Shown: positions 43,017 through 52,163 of the stretch, piece after piece | How the letters are laid out: each line of letters opens with the position of its first letter | Position numbering within the stretch: the first letter of the stretch is position 1 | Assembly: GCA_963694385.1 (NCBI GenBank) | Contig: CAVOCY010000001.1 | Span: 2,186-66,185 of the forward strand | Direction of reading: 5' to 3' | From: Candidatus Altimarinota bacterium | Lineage (GTDB): Bacteria > Patescibacteriota > Gracilibacteria > Peribacterales > Peribacteraceae | DNA: 64,000 nucleotides | The notes under the pieces: generated by a model | The model's database searches: none | Told to the model about the DNA's origin: nothing | The model's input: the letters and a program-made list of their open reading frames with translations, nothing else | Translations under genes and position numbers: made by a program

Positions 43017-44309
43017 ATGATCGACCTCCAAGACCTCCGCGCCAATCCTAAAGCCTACAAAAAGGCTGCAAAGGATAAAAACCTTACAATTGATATTGAT
43101 GCATTTTTAAAACTAGATGAGAAGCGTAAAGAGTTGATCCCTGCAGTAGAAGATAAACGTGCAAAGCAAAACGAGGCCAACAAGTTGATGCCGAATCTGG
43201 AGGGAGAAGAGAAGCAAAAAATGCTTGCAGAGTTAAAAGTGAAGAGTGAAGAGTTAAAAGTAGCAGAAGCTGAACTTAAAGAAGTAGAAATGCAGTGGAA
43301 GGATATGCAGTACTTATTCCCTTCTGTACCACTCGACAGTGTCCCTGTAGGTAAAGACGAAGAAGGAAACGTCGAGGTACGCAAAGAAGGAGAGCTACCA
43401 ACATTTGATTTTGAACCAAAAGATCACGTTACCCTTGGTGAAGAGCTTGATATTATTGATCTCGTTCGCGGTGCGAAGGTTTCGGGAGCGCGAAACTATT
43501 ACCTGAAAGGTGACGGTGCAAGGCTACAACAAGCAGTGCTCAACTTTACGATGGATCATCTACATGCCAAGGGGTTCGAATTGTTTAGCCCACCACTGAT
43601 GGCAAACTACGAATGCTTTATGGGTACTGGGTTTTTCCCAGGGTCTGATGAAAATCAAATTTATGTTGTTGGTGGCAAAGAAGAAGACGAGATAGTAAGT
43701 GATGATTTGTATTTGATCGGAACATCAGAAGTTACTGTGTGTAGCTACCACAAAGATGAAATCTTGAAGAGCGATGCGCTGCCAAAGCGTTACGCAGGAT
43801 CAAGCAGTTGCTTTCGCAGAGAAGCTGGAACCTACGGAAAAGATACAAAGGGTTTGTACCGTGTGCATCAGTTTGAAAAAGTAGAACAGGTGGTGTTGTG
43901 TAAAGGTGACGTTGACGAAGCCCTCAAGCTATTTGAAGAGATCCGTCAGAATGCAGAAGACGTACTACAAGCACTTAAATTGCCATACCGTGTAATTGAT
44001 GTGTGCACTGGAGACATGGGTAAAGGAAAAGTCTTTATGCAGGACATCGAAACATGGATGCCAAGTCGTGACAGTTACGGCGAGACACACAGTTGTAGCT
44101 ACCTTGGAGACTATCAATCTCGCAGGTTAAATATTCGATATGACGAGGGAGGCGAAAAGAAATTCGTCCATACGCTCAACAACACCTGCATAGCCAGTCC
44201 TCGAATTTTGATCCCAATTATCGAACAATATCAGAATGCCGATGGCACTATTACCGTTCCAGAGGTGTTAAGACCGTATATGGGTGGGCAGGAAGTGATT
44301 GGGAAATAG
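43017..44309 (+). CDS. serS: Seryl-tRNA synthetase
   Basis: N-terminal coiled coil and class II core motifs (FRREAG, GETHSCS..DYQSRRL). Confidence 0.95.
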   Translation: MIDLQDLRANPKAYKKAAKDKNLTIDIDAFLKLDEKRKELIPAVEDKRAKQNEANKLMPNLEGEEKQKMLAELKVKSEELKVAEAELKEVEMQWKDMQYLFPSVPLDSVPVGKDEEGNVEVRKEGELPTFDFEPKDHVTLGEELDIIDLVRGAKVSGARNYYLKGDGARLQQAVLNFTMDHLHAKGFELFSPPLMANYECFMGTGFFPGSDENQIYVVGGKEEDEIVSDDLYLIGTSEVTVCSYHKDEILKSDALPKRYAGSSSCFRREAGTYGKDTKGLYRVHQFEKVEQVVLCKGDVDEALKLFEEIRQNAEDVLQALKLPYRVIDVCTGDMGKGKVFMQDIETWMPSRDSYGETHSCSYLGDYQSRRLNIRYDEGGEKKFVHTLNNTCIASPRILIPIIEQYQNADGTITVPEVLRPYMGGQEVIGK

Positions 44310-44398
44310 CTGTTTGGCTTATGTAAGCCACTTCTTGACTCTTAATCCAACTCTGTTTCTATGCTATAATGTTCTGATACATACAATTTCTACTACCT

Positions 44399-44818
44399 AT
44401 GTTTCTCCTTCTAGCAGGATCCACCGAAATGGCTCGGGCGCTCATCGTTGATGAGTTCCTAGAGAATCATGATGATTGGCGACATCTTGCATTGGAGGAT
44501 ATTCAAGACCAAGAAATTGAAGGTGCTGACGACATGGAGGATGAGGATGTATTTGGATTCCAGATGGCTTTTATGACAATGGTTGCCTGCGAGTGTGCCA
44601 AAGAAGCACATGAAAAAGGTCATCGTATTTTGATTACCTGCCCAGAAAGCGAAATGCTCGAAGGGATTTATAGCGAGATTGAAGATCCCATTATTAGCGT
44701 ATTTCTTGGTATAGAAAATGATGCCGATGGATTTGATCATGTGATAAATAGTAGCGAGAAATCTATGGTAGAAGTGTGTAAACAACTGAATCAAATTATT
44801 CAGGCAACACCTGCATAG
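44399..44818 (+). CDS. Acidic hypothetical protein (139 aa, or from Met11)
   Basis: ORF only. A TGcTATAAT extended -10 lies about 30 nt upstream. Confidence 0.45.
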   Translation: MFLLLAGSTEMARALIVDEFLENHDDWRHLALEDIQDQEIEGADDMEDEDVFGFQMAFMTMVACECAKEAHEKGHRILITCPESEMLEGIYSEIEDPIISVFLGIENDADGFDHVINSSEKSMVEVCKQLNQIIQATPA

Positions 44819-44845
44819 AGTAAGATTTAGAGCTATAATCAATAT

Positions 44846-45220
44846 ATGGACACTTTTTTAATAGCTGATGATTCCGATGCAAAGGGGGACTGGCTAGAAG
44901 CCATGGTAAACAAGTCTGGCGTAGCAACTAAGATCATTCGTGCAACTACGACGGAAGAAGCCAAAGAGTTGATTGATAAAAAGAAGCCCGAGGCTGCCTT
45001 TATTGACTACGAAATGCCATCAGAGAATGGTCCTGCAGTTATCGCCTATTTACGGGAAAAAGTACCTACAGCGAAGATTGCTATGGCGAGTTCCAGTAAT
45101 TCTGATCGATATCAATCTGATGCTACGCAGGCAGGTGCTGAAGCCTATATCTGCACCTCATTTGAGGAGGAGGAAGTCGTAGATACGGTGATGAATTTGC
45201 TGGAGAAATGGAGGATTTGA
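44846..45220 (+). CDS. Stand-alone response-regulator receiver domain
   Basis: 124 aa with the CheY-like pattern (FLIADDSD ... AAFIDYEMP..NG ... KIAMASS). No kinase is nearby. Confidence 0.65.
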   Translation: MDTFLIADDSDAKGDWLEAMVNKSGVATKIIRATTTEEAKELIDKKKPEAAFIDYEMPSENGPAVIAYLREKVPTAKIAMASSSNSDRYQSDATQAGAEAYICTSFEEEEVVDTVMNLLEKWRI

Positions 45221-45280
45221 GTTATTGCGTGATTATTGTAATTATGTTATAATAATACTCGTACACAAAAATCAGTTACC

Positions 45281-45520
45281 ATGTCACATTCAAATAGAAA
45301 TCTTCCTAAGGCTATTGCCCTCTCTCTAGGAGTAGCGCTCATGCTTCCTGTTGCTACCTCCTGGCAGAGTATGTTTGGCTCTATGCATAAGGCTATCGGT
45401 AGCTCTATTACTGTCGATTCTGCTAATGCAGAAAAGGATCGCATGGAAGAGGAGATGGGGCAAATGCGCTTACAAATGGAAAAGCTTACGGAGCTTATCG
45501 GGAAATTGGAGCAAAATTAG
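45281..45520 (+). CDS. Small secreted coiled-coil protein (79 aa)
   Basis: Signal-like N-terminus and a heptad-rich C-terminus. Confidence 0.4.
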   Translation: MSHSNRNLPKAIALSLGVALMLPVATSWQSMFGSMHKAIGSSITVDSANAEKDRMEEEMGQMRLQMEKLTELIGKLEQN

Positions 45521-45565
45521 TAATTCGTGACTAGTGAACTTCTGTAGGAATGATAGTATGCATGA

Positions 45566-46624
45566 GTGAAAATTTTATTTACTCGTTTTCCATTTGAGTC
45601 TGCTAACGGTGGTGCAGAAAATCAGACGACCGTTCTGATGAAAGGATTGATAGATCGTGGACATGAGGTAAGTTTTTTGGGGAGTTGTCCGGTGCTACTT
45701 GATCGGTGTGAGAAGTTGTCGGTTGTCGGTTGTCGGTTGTCAGTAGGAAAACCACCTGTTACAAAGTGGGATGCTATTAGTTTTCTATGGCGTAAATGGA
45801 ATATACGAAAAAAACTGATCGCTACACTGAGAACTGAGAACCTAGAACCGACAACTATTGTCATGCTCAGTCTTACTGAAAAAATTCTTCTTACACCCTA
45901 TGCAGTATCGAAGGGTATAAAAGTGTGTTGGATAGAACATGACACTGTTGGTGATTGGCTTGCGAAAAATCCATCACTCTCGCAACTGCAACACATGAGT
46001 GAGAATGTAACGACTATCTGTGTTTCTGATTTGAGTGCTGATATTTTTAGAAGTCTCGAATATAAAAATGTCATCGGTATTCCTAATGGTGTTGATCTTC
46101 CGCCAGACAATTTTACCAAACATGATTTTGATGAAACATTGCGCGTCGGATGTATAGCGAGACTCAGTAAAGAGAAGGGGGTTGATGTTTTGGTGGAGGC
46201 AATGCGCATGGTCGATAATGCAACACTGCTGATTAATGGAAAAGGTGATGAGTACATCCAAAGCTCTGCAACAGTTTCTGTAAAAGCAGAAGTGCCTGAT
46301 GTAAACGATGTGTACAAAGAGATCGATGTGCTTGTTTTGCCGTCACGAAAAGAAGATCCATTCGGTCTGGTTGTTGCCGAAGCAATGCTTCGGGGCATTC
46401 CAACTATTTGCACTGATGCTTGCGGTATTGCACGGTATCTCTCTGATAATTCTGATACGTTAATTGTTCCTGCGGGCAGCAGCCAAGCCCTAGCTGCAGC
46501 CATAAATCAAATGCAAGACACGGCAACAAGGTCCCGCATTGGCAAGACAGGAAAACGAACTGCAGAAGAAAAATTTACTACCGAGAAGATGATTGATAAT
46601 TACGAAAAGGTGTTGAACGTGTAG
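45566..46624 (+). CDS. GT4-family glycosyltransferase
   Basis: GTG start (MKILFTRFPFESANGGAENQ) and a C-terminal EDPFGLVVAEAMLRGIPTI motif. It contains the heptamer array at 45714-45741. Confidence 0.85.
   Translation: MKILFTRFPFESANGGAENQTTVLMKGLIDRGHEVSFLGSCPVLLDRCEKLSVVGCRLSVGKPPVTKWDAISFLWRKWNIRKKLIATLRTENLEPTTIVMLSLTEKILLTPYAVSKGIKVCWIEHDTVGDWLAKNPSLSQLQHMSENVTTICVSDLSADIFRSLEYKNVIGIPNGVDLPPDNFTKHDFDETLRVGCIARLSKEKGVDVLVEAMRMVDNATLLINGKGDEYIQSSATVSVKAEVPDVNDVYKEIDVLVLPSRKEDPFGLVVAEAMLRGIPTICTDACGIARYLSDNSDTLIVPAGSSQALAAAINQMQDTATRSRIGKTGKRTAEEKFTTEKMIDNYEKVLNV
45714..45741. repeat. (GGTTGTC)x4 tandem heptamer array inside GT4 gene 2
   Basis: agttgtc ggttgtc ggttgtc ggttgtc, encoding LSVVGCRLS. 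Degenerate units extend upstream to about 45683. Confidence 0.9.
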
Positions 46625-46633
46625 AATGCCTCC

Positions 46634-48850
46634 GTGCAAAAAACATTCTTAACCTCTCTGGTTCAAATGCGGGCAAGTATGCCCGCTCTGGTTGTGGTAT
46701 GTTTTTTAATTTCAGGATCTGCCCTTACCCAAAAAACCATTACGTTTGATGAGCCTATTGATGCTCTGAGCGTACGTTTGCCACATGACGATACGCAGGT
46801 GATGATCCAAACTACTGATGGATGGCATCAGTTTGCTATCGAAAAAGAATTTGATCCTCTCATGATGGAGAGTGATCTTGTGATATTCCCAGAACCTGTA
46901 AAAAAGATCGTGATGCGTGGGCAGGTACAAAGTGTTGAACTTCACCCGATCGTTGTGAGTAAAGAGCCTGCCAAGTACAGCCTCGCTGCGACGCAGTTTT
47001 ACCGATCACCAAAGATATTAAGTCGTAAAGACTGGGGAGCAAATGATGAATACCTTTTTCGTGGACCACAAATAGCAAAGAGTGATACGGCTGTTGTCCG
47101 TGGAAATGGTACGAGTACGGGAACGAGTAGTAGCACTAGTAGTAAGCGCGTAGATGACTGCGAAATGAAACAGGTAAACTATCCGAATGACTTTAAGGCG
47201 AGTAACACCGAAACGCATGACGTCTCTGGTAACGAATACCGTTGGGCACAACGCTACTCACCAAAGGTAAAACTACTAGTTGTGCATCACACTGCACAAA
47301 AAGTGGCTGGTGATAACCGTCCCACTGTAGAACGGATGCGTGCACTCTATGAATACCATACCAATAGTCGTGGATGGGGAGACATTGGGTATCACTATGT
47401 TGTTGATGAACAAGGTGGTATTTATGAGGGGCGCAGTGGAGGGAAGAATGTTGTTGGTGGCCATGTGTACTGCGGAAATGTGGGCACTGTGGGCGTAGCA
47501 TTGATGGGAAACTTTGAGGAAGAGCAGCCGACGATACAACAAATTCAATCCTTACAGTGGCTGTTAAATCACCTCGGTGAAACGTATGACATCAACCTAA
47601 ATCGCACTGTGACGTTTCATGGAAAAAATGTAAAAACAATCCTGCGTCATAAAGACCTTATCTCTACAGAGTGTCCTGGATTTTTTATGAGCCATACGGT
47701 TTCACAGGTTCGCAGTAATGTTATCGCTGGAGATTTAATGAAAGGAGTGACATTCCCTAAGATGGCATCGAAAGGGTACAAAGATAAATCTCAAACACGC
47801 TTAAGTACGAGGCTACAGGAAGCAGGACAACAACTCTCTCGCAGATTTTATAGAACCAAAAGACAAATACGTACTGCCACAAGACTAGATAATCCTCGGC
47901 TTTCGTATTATCGAGATCAGCTTGCCGTAAGCACCAACATACAACGCAAACGTTCTCCGAGAACGCAAAGGCCTATGCGACCCACTGGCACACTCTATCG
48001 TCCAACAATTAACAAGCAACAATTAACAATTAACAATACTTCTCAGAATGGCCACATTCGCATTCGTCTGAGTTACACGGGAAACACTGCGGAGATTTCT
48101 TCTACAGAAGTTGCAGATGTAAACGGAAACCGTGCAAAGATCGTTCGCTTTGGTAGAGATGGAAATGTGTGCGTCGCTGTGAGTGGATCGCAAACACTTG
48201 CAGAAGGAGTGGTACGCGTGAACCCAGGGGAAGGAGTGATTACGGTGCAAAGCTGGAAGACAAAGTGGAATAGGTTCCGTGGTGTCATAGAATGCCGCAT
48301 TGTTGATGGGCAACTGGTGCTGATAAATGAGCTGTCACTCGAGGACTACCTTGCAGGACTCTCCGAGCAGCCAGATACAGAGCCACGCGAAAAGCAAAAG
48401 GCATTTGCTGTTGCTGCACGCAGTTATGCTGCGCACTACATGAACCTAAGTAACACCAAATTCCCTGGCAAGCCGTACCACGGCAGTGATACGGGGAAAA
48501 GTTTTCAAAGTTACAGTGGCGTTGCATATGAGGAAGATAACGCGAAGTGGGTACAGTCTGTACTGGATACACAGAACAAAGTAATTATGAAGAATGGCGA
48601 GATCGTGAAGGCAGCGTATTTCTCTTCTGATGATGGACGCACAAGAGCACCTGCAGAAAACGGTTGGAAGAACTTTCCGTTTGCAGAAGTGTTTACCTCC
48701 AAGAAAGACCCGTGGTGCGAAGGGATGACCTTACGCGGACATGGTGTAGGAATGTCTGGCTGTGGCGCAGAGGGGCAAGCCAGACAAGGTAAAAAGTACC
48801 TAGAGATTCTGAAGTACTACTATCCGGGGACAAGCGTTGTTCAGAGGTAG
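46634..48850 (+). CDS. Fusion of an N-acetylmuramoyl-L-alanine amidase (Amidase_2/PGRP) domain and a SpoIID/LytB-like domain
   Basis: 738 aa with a GTG start. Amidase_2 pattern: LLVVHHTA ... GWGDIGYHYVVDEQGGIYEGR ... HKDL..TECPG. SpoIID pattern: LEDYLAGLSEQP...KAFAVAARSYA ... SSDDGRT ... GHGVGMSGCGA. A basic linker lies between the two domains. Confidence 0.8.
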   Translation: MQKTFLTSLVQMRASMPALVVVCFLISGSALTQKTITFDEPIDALSVRLPHDDTQVMIQTTDGWHQFAIEKEFDPLMMESDLVIFPEPVKKIVMRGQVQSVELHPIVVSKEPAKYSLAATQFYRSPKILSRKDWGANDEYLFRGPQIAKSDTAVVRGNGTSTGTSSSTSSKRVDDCEMKQVNYPNDFKASNTETHDVSGNEYRWAQRYSPKVKLLVVHHTAQKVAGDNRPTVERMRALYEYHTNSRGWGDIGYHYVVDEQGGIYEGRSGGKNVVGGHVYCGNVGTVGVALMGNFEEEQPTIQQIQSLQWLLNHLGETYDINLNRTVTFHGKNVKTILRHKDLISTECPGFFMSHTVSQVRSNVIAGDLMKGVTFPKMASKGYKDKSQTRLSTRLQEAGQQLSRRFYRTKRQIRTATRLDNPRLSYYRDQLAVSTNIQRKRSPRTQRPMRPTGTLYRPTINKQQLTINNTSQNGHIRIRLSYTGNTAEISSTEVADVNGNRAKIVRFGRDGNVCVAVSGSQTLAEGVVRVNPGEGVITVQSWKTKWNRFRGVIECRIVDGQLVLINELSLEDYLAGLSEQPDTEPREKQKAFAVAARSYAAHYMNLSNTKFPGKPYHGSDTGKSFQSYSGVAYEEDNAKWVQSVLDTQNKVIMKNGEIVKAAYFSSDDGRTRAPAENGWKNFPFAEVFTSKKDPWCEGMTLRGHGVGMSGCGAEGQARQGKKYLEILKYYYPGTSVVQR
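48006..48040. repeat. CAATTAA CAAGCAA CAATTAA CAATTAA CAATACT heptamer array inside the amidase-SpoIID linker
   Basis: Read directly. It encodes INKQQLTINNT. Confidence 0.85.
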
Positions 48851-48870
48851 TTCTCTTTGTCGCTCATTAT

Positions 48871-48954
48871 CTGAACCATGATTCATAGGATTACAGGATA
48901 AACCTGATTTCATGGAATCTTGGTAATCCTTGAATCATGAAAATCAAGGTTCAG
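48871..48954. repeat. Long imperfect inverted repeat: GATT x4 then AATC x4 at 8-9-nt spacing, with outer arms CTGAACC/GGTTCAG
   Basis: Read directly in the convergent spacer between the amidase gene and metK. Confidence 0.7.
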
Positions 48955-48998
48955 ACAGTGGCAGACAAAGGAAGAAGAATGAAAAGAAGCAATTTCTG

Positions 48999-50168
48999 CT
49001 AAGCAACAGCCTTAATGTCTGCAACAGCACTCTGCAAAGCAGAAATTTGATCTGTCTGTTCCCAAGAAAACTCGGACCGACCGAAGTGTCCGTACGCAGC
49101 TGTTGCCCTGTAGATTGGACGACGAAGATCAAGCGTCTTGATTATGCCCGAAGGCGTCATATCAAACACAGACTTTATTGCAGATTCGATAGCCTTGTCT
49201 TCCACAGTTCCTGTGCCAAATGTTGTGACGTGCACAGACACTGGTTCTGGATAACCGATAGCGTACGCAAGTTGTACTTCGCATCGATCTGCCATGCCTG
49301 CAGCAACGATATTTTTTGCAATGTACCGTGCCATGTATGCACCAGAGCGGTCTTGCTTGTTGGGTACTTTTCCACTGAATGCTCCTCCTCCGTGGCGACC
49401 CATACCACCGTATGTGTCTACGATAATCTTGCGACCTGTGAGCCCTGTGTCTCCGTGTGGTCCACCGATAATGAATGTTCCGGTTTCGTTCACGAGAATC
49501 TTTGTTTGCTCATCGAGATATTCTCCACATACAGGTTTGATTACATTCTCTAGAAGTTCTGATTTGATTTGTTCATGGGTGATACCTTCGTCGTGCTGTG
49601 CAGCCAGAACTACCGTGTCGACACGTAGCGGTTTGTCATTTTCATCATACTCAATCGTTACTTGACTCTTTCCGTCTGGGCGAAGGTAACTGAGCGTTCC
49701 ATCTTTACGGACATCTGTAAGACGCTTCGCAAGTTTGTGTGCAAGCATTATTGGAAGTGGCATGAGCTCTTTGGTCTCGTTACATGCGTATCCAAACATC
49801 AGCCCTTGGTCTCCTGCGCCCTGTGCTTTGTGTGCACCATCACTTTCATCTTCACCTTGGGCTATCTGCGCACTCTGTTCATGAATCGCATTAAGGACGC
49901 TGCAACTCTTGTAGTCGATACCGTAGTCTGCATTGTTATATCCAATATCTTTTAGAACATCACGTGCAACTTTTTGCACATCAACATACGTTGTTGTTGT
50001 GATCTCTCCGCCAACAACAATAAGACCTGTTGTGGTGTAGCATTCGCAGCAACATGCTCCTGTGGGGTCATCTTTCAGCACTGCATCGAGCATTGCATCT
50101 GAGATTTGGTCACATATCTTATCTGGGTGACCTTCGGTTACGGATTCTGAAGTGAAGAAGTATGACAT
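48999..50168 (-). CDS. metK: S-adenosylmethionine synthetase
   Basis: [25 protein letters not shown] and GGGAFSGK motifs are present. Confidence 0.95.
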   Translation of the reverse strand: MSYFFTSESVTEGHPDKICDQISDAMLDAVLKDDPTGACCCECYTTTGLIVVGGEITTTTYVDVQKVARDVLKDIGYNNADYGIDYKSCSVLNAIHEQSAQIAQGEDESDGAHKAQGAGDQGLMFGYACNETKELMPLPIMLAHKLAKRLTDVRKDGTLSYLRPDGKSQVTIEYDENDKPLRVDTVVLAAQHDEGITHEQIKSELLENVIKPVCGEYLDEQTKILVNETGTFIIGGPHGDTGLTGRKIIVDTYGGMGRHGGGAFSGKVPNKQDRSGAYMARYIAKNIVAAGMADRCEVQLAYAIGYPEPVSVHVTTFGTGTVEDKAIESAIKSVFDMTPSGIIKTLDLRRPIYRATAAYGHFGRSEFSWEQTDQISALQSAVADIKAVA

Positions 50169-50198
50169 GAGAGTAAGGGGTAGGGTTGGGAATTAGGG

Positions 50199-50340
50199 AA
50201 AAATCACCTCCCTGCGTAGAAGGAAGTGTAGATCTAAGGCTATCTTCCCCCGTTAGGGGCCAGATTTCCCACCATGCCCTCAAGGGGAGGTTGGGGAGCG
50301 ACTTTAAGCGGGCTGGTTCCCTATTCGCTACTCAGGATAG
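50199..50340 (-). promoter_or_regulatory. SAM-I-type riboswitch (aptamer 50240-50340) plus terminator (50199-50227) in the metK leader
   Basis: On the minus strand P1 is CUAUC...GAUAG. J1/2 is CUGAG and P2 contains AGGGAACCAGCCCG. These are followed by CAACC, a P3 hairpin and GGUGGGAAAUCU (compare the consensus GGUGCCAAUUCC). P4 is GCCCC-UAAC-GGGGG, followed by GAAGAUAG. Next comes the hairpin CCUUCCU-7nt-AGGGAGG followed by UGAUUUUU. GGAAG in the P1 3' strand can pair with CUUCC as an antiterminator. Confidence 0.65.
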
Positions 50341-50359
50341 AAACGATGATGTTAAGAGG

Positions 50360-50387
50360 ATTATACGTATCTGCGCGCCTAAATCAA
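50360..50387 (-). promoter_or_regulatory. Putative metK promoter
   Basis: On the minus strand: TTGATT, a 16-nt spacer, then TATAAT, about 20 nt upstream of the riboswitch P1. Confidence 0.5.
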
Positions 50388-50400
50388 GTGGTTTTACGCT

Positions 50401-50646
50401 CTACTTAGCAAACTTGTTGTACAGCCAGGCAAGAACGACACCTCCAATACCAGCGTCTACAAATGCCCAAACAGCACCGACAACAATCCCAATAGGATTT
50501 GCACCAGAACCGATATAGTACTTACTCATCCACGTAACAATGTCTGCTCCATACCCATTTGTCATAGTGAGTACTGCAAGAACTGCGTAACCAGCTGCCC
50601 AGAGGATACCAAGGGCGAGACCAAAGGCTTTAACATCAAGTTTCAT
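50401..50646 (-). CDS. Small membrane protein (about 81 aa)
   Basis: Two or three hydrophobic helices from MKLDVKAFGLALGILWAAGY. Confidence 0.5.
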   Translation of the reverse strand: MKLDVKAFGLALGILWAAGYAVLAVLTMTNGYGADIVTWMSKYYIGSGANPIGIVVGAVWAFVDAGIGGVVLAWLYNKFAK

Positions 50647-50726
50647 AATAGTAAGGGAAGAATAGGTGAATGATATCACACTTCATTAATAGACCGAAGC
50701 ACCACTTTTACACTACAATCCTCTCC

Positions 50727-52154
50727 ATGAGCGAAATCTCAACTTCACATCCATTTACTCTTATCCTCTTTGGAGGATCTGGGCACCTAGCGCAAATCAA
50801 ATTGTATCCAGCGCTCTATGTATTAGCGCTAAAAAAACGCTTACCCAAAGATTACGCCATCGTGGGGTTTGCCCGCAGTGACATGGATGATGCTGCATTT
50901 CGTACACTCGTAGAAAGTGCGATTCGCAAAGAGATGATCGAAGTGACAGAGCCGGCTCTCGAAGAATTTATGTCACACGTGTATTACCAACAGGGTCAGT
51001 ATGATGATGTTGAAGACTATAAGAAGTTATCAGAACGATTAGTGGGTATTGAAAAACAGTGGGCAGTGGGCAGTGGGCAGTGTGTACGCTTGGCATATTA
51101 TTCTGTACCACCAACAGTCTTCGGTGCCATTTCGCATAACTTGTGTGAAGGAAACGTGCATGATGGCAAGATTCCATTTCGTTGTATTGTCGAAAAACCT
51201 GTAGGGCATGACCTTGAAAGTTTTGAAGATATTAAAAAGCAATTGGTTGGATGTTTTGCCGAAGATGAAATCTATTTGCTCGACCACTATCTTGGCAAAG
51301 AAGCGGTGCGTAACATTTACTATTTGCGCCACGCGAATCCTATCTTCGAACGCATTTTAAAAAACACACTGATTGATCACGTAGAAATTACCGCGATGGA
51401 GAACAAGGGGATAGAGGGGAGGGCAGGATACTTCGAAGCTGCAGGAACATTCCGCGATATGTTCCAGTCGCATCTTCTTATGATGGCATCACTGCTAACT
51501 ATGCGCATTCAAAGTGATGAAGACTTGGCTGCAGGACGCGAAGATGCGCTCTCGCAGTTTTATCTCCCTGCTGCAACGGACATGGGGGACATCGCACTCC
51601 AAGCGCAGTACAGCGGGTACCAAGATGAAGACGGTGTAGAAAAAGGATCTCGCACAAATACGTTTGCGTGCCTAAAGCTAATGACACGTATCTCGAAGTG
51701 GGATGGTGTGCCGTTTTATTTGCACAGTGGTAAGAAACTCGAAAAAAAAGAGACGCGTATCAGTATTCAATTCCAAGAGCCTAGACCTGTAGGGGAAGGC
51801 TCTGCTCCAAACCGATTGGATATCATCCTGCAAGGAGAAGCAGGAATGCGTATGCATTTACAGACAAAAATGGGAGGAACGGAGCCTGCATTCCGTCCAC
51901 TCGTTCTCGAAGATCCACTGGTGTGTGTTGGTGACTGTTTGCCAGAACATAGCTTGATGATTTTGGAGGCGATCCATGGAAGGCATCACTGGTTCCTTGA
52001 TTTTGATGAAATTAAAACCTCTTGGAGACTGGTAGATCCTGTACAAAAACATCTTGATGCTTCCGATACTCCTCTACACTCATACAAAGAAGGCAGCAAA
52101 GGCCCAAAGGCTGCAGATCAGTGGATAGAAAAGGATGGAATTGAATGGTTTTAA
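50727..52154 (+). CDS. zwf: Glucose-6-phosphate 1-dehydrogenase
   Basis: Start at MSEISTSHPFTLILFGGSGHLA. EKPVGHD and LDHYLGKE motifs are present. It contains the heptamer array at 51057-51084. Confidence 0.9.
   Translation: MSEISTSHPFTLILFGGSGHLAQIKLYPALYVLALKKRLPKDYAIVGFARSDMDDAAFRTLVESAIRKEMIEVTEPALEEFMSHVYYQQGQYDDVEDYKKLSERLVGIEKQWAVGSGQCVRLAYYSVPPTVFGAISHNLCEGNVHDGKIPFRCIVEKPVGHDLESFEDIKKQLVGCFAEDEIYLLDHYLGKEAVRNIYYLRHANPIFERILKNTLIDHVEITAMENKGIEGRAGYFEAAGTFRDMFQSHLLMMASLLTMRIQSDEDLAAGREDALSQFYLPAATDMGDIALQAQYSGYQDEDGVEKGSRTNTFACLKLMTRISKWDGVPFYLHSGKKLEKKETRISIQFQEPRPVGEGSAPNRLDIILQGEAGMRMHLQTKMGGTEPAFRPLVLEDPLVCVGDCLPEHSLMILEAIHGRHHWFLDFDEIKTSWRLVDPVQKHLDASDTPLHSYKEGSKGPKAADQWIEKDGIEWF
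51057..51084. repeat. (CAGTGGG)x3 + CAGTGTG heptamer array inside zwf
   Basis: Read directly. It encodes QWAVGSGQC just before the conserved R.(F/A)YY(L/S).PP segment. Confidence 0.9.
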
Positions 52155-52163
52155 TACATACCT

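Noticed and set aside
9914-45741. Site-specific inversion between the oppositely oriented GGTTGTC arrays in the two GT4 genes as a domain-shuffling switch
   Set aside because: Recombination between these inverted arrays would join the two genes head-to-head and destroy both reading frames. The arrays are only 27-28 nt long, and nothing else supports the idea.
48930-49553. 207-aa plus-strand ORF, plus other antisense ORFs within metK, GT4 gene 2 (45898-46503), DUF368 (36642-37067) and uppP (34026-34607)
   Set aside because: Each lies opposite a gene with strong, family-specific motifs. No independent evidence supports them.
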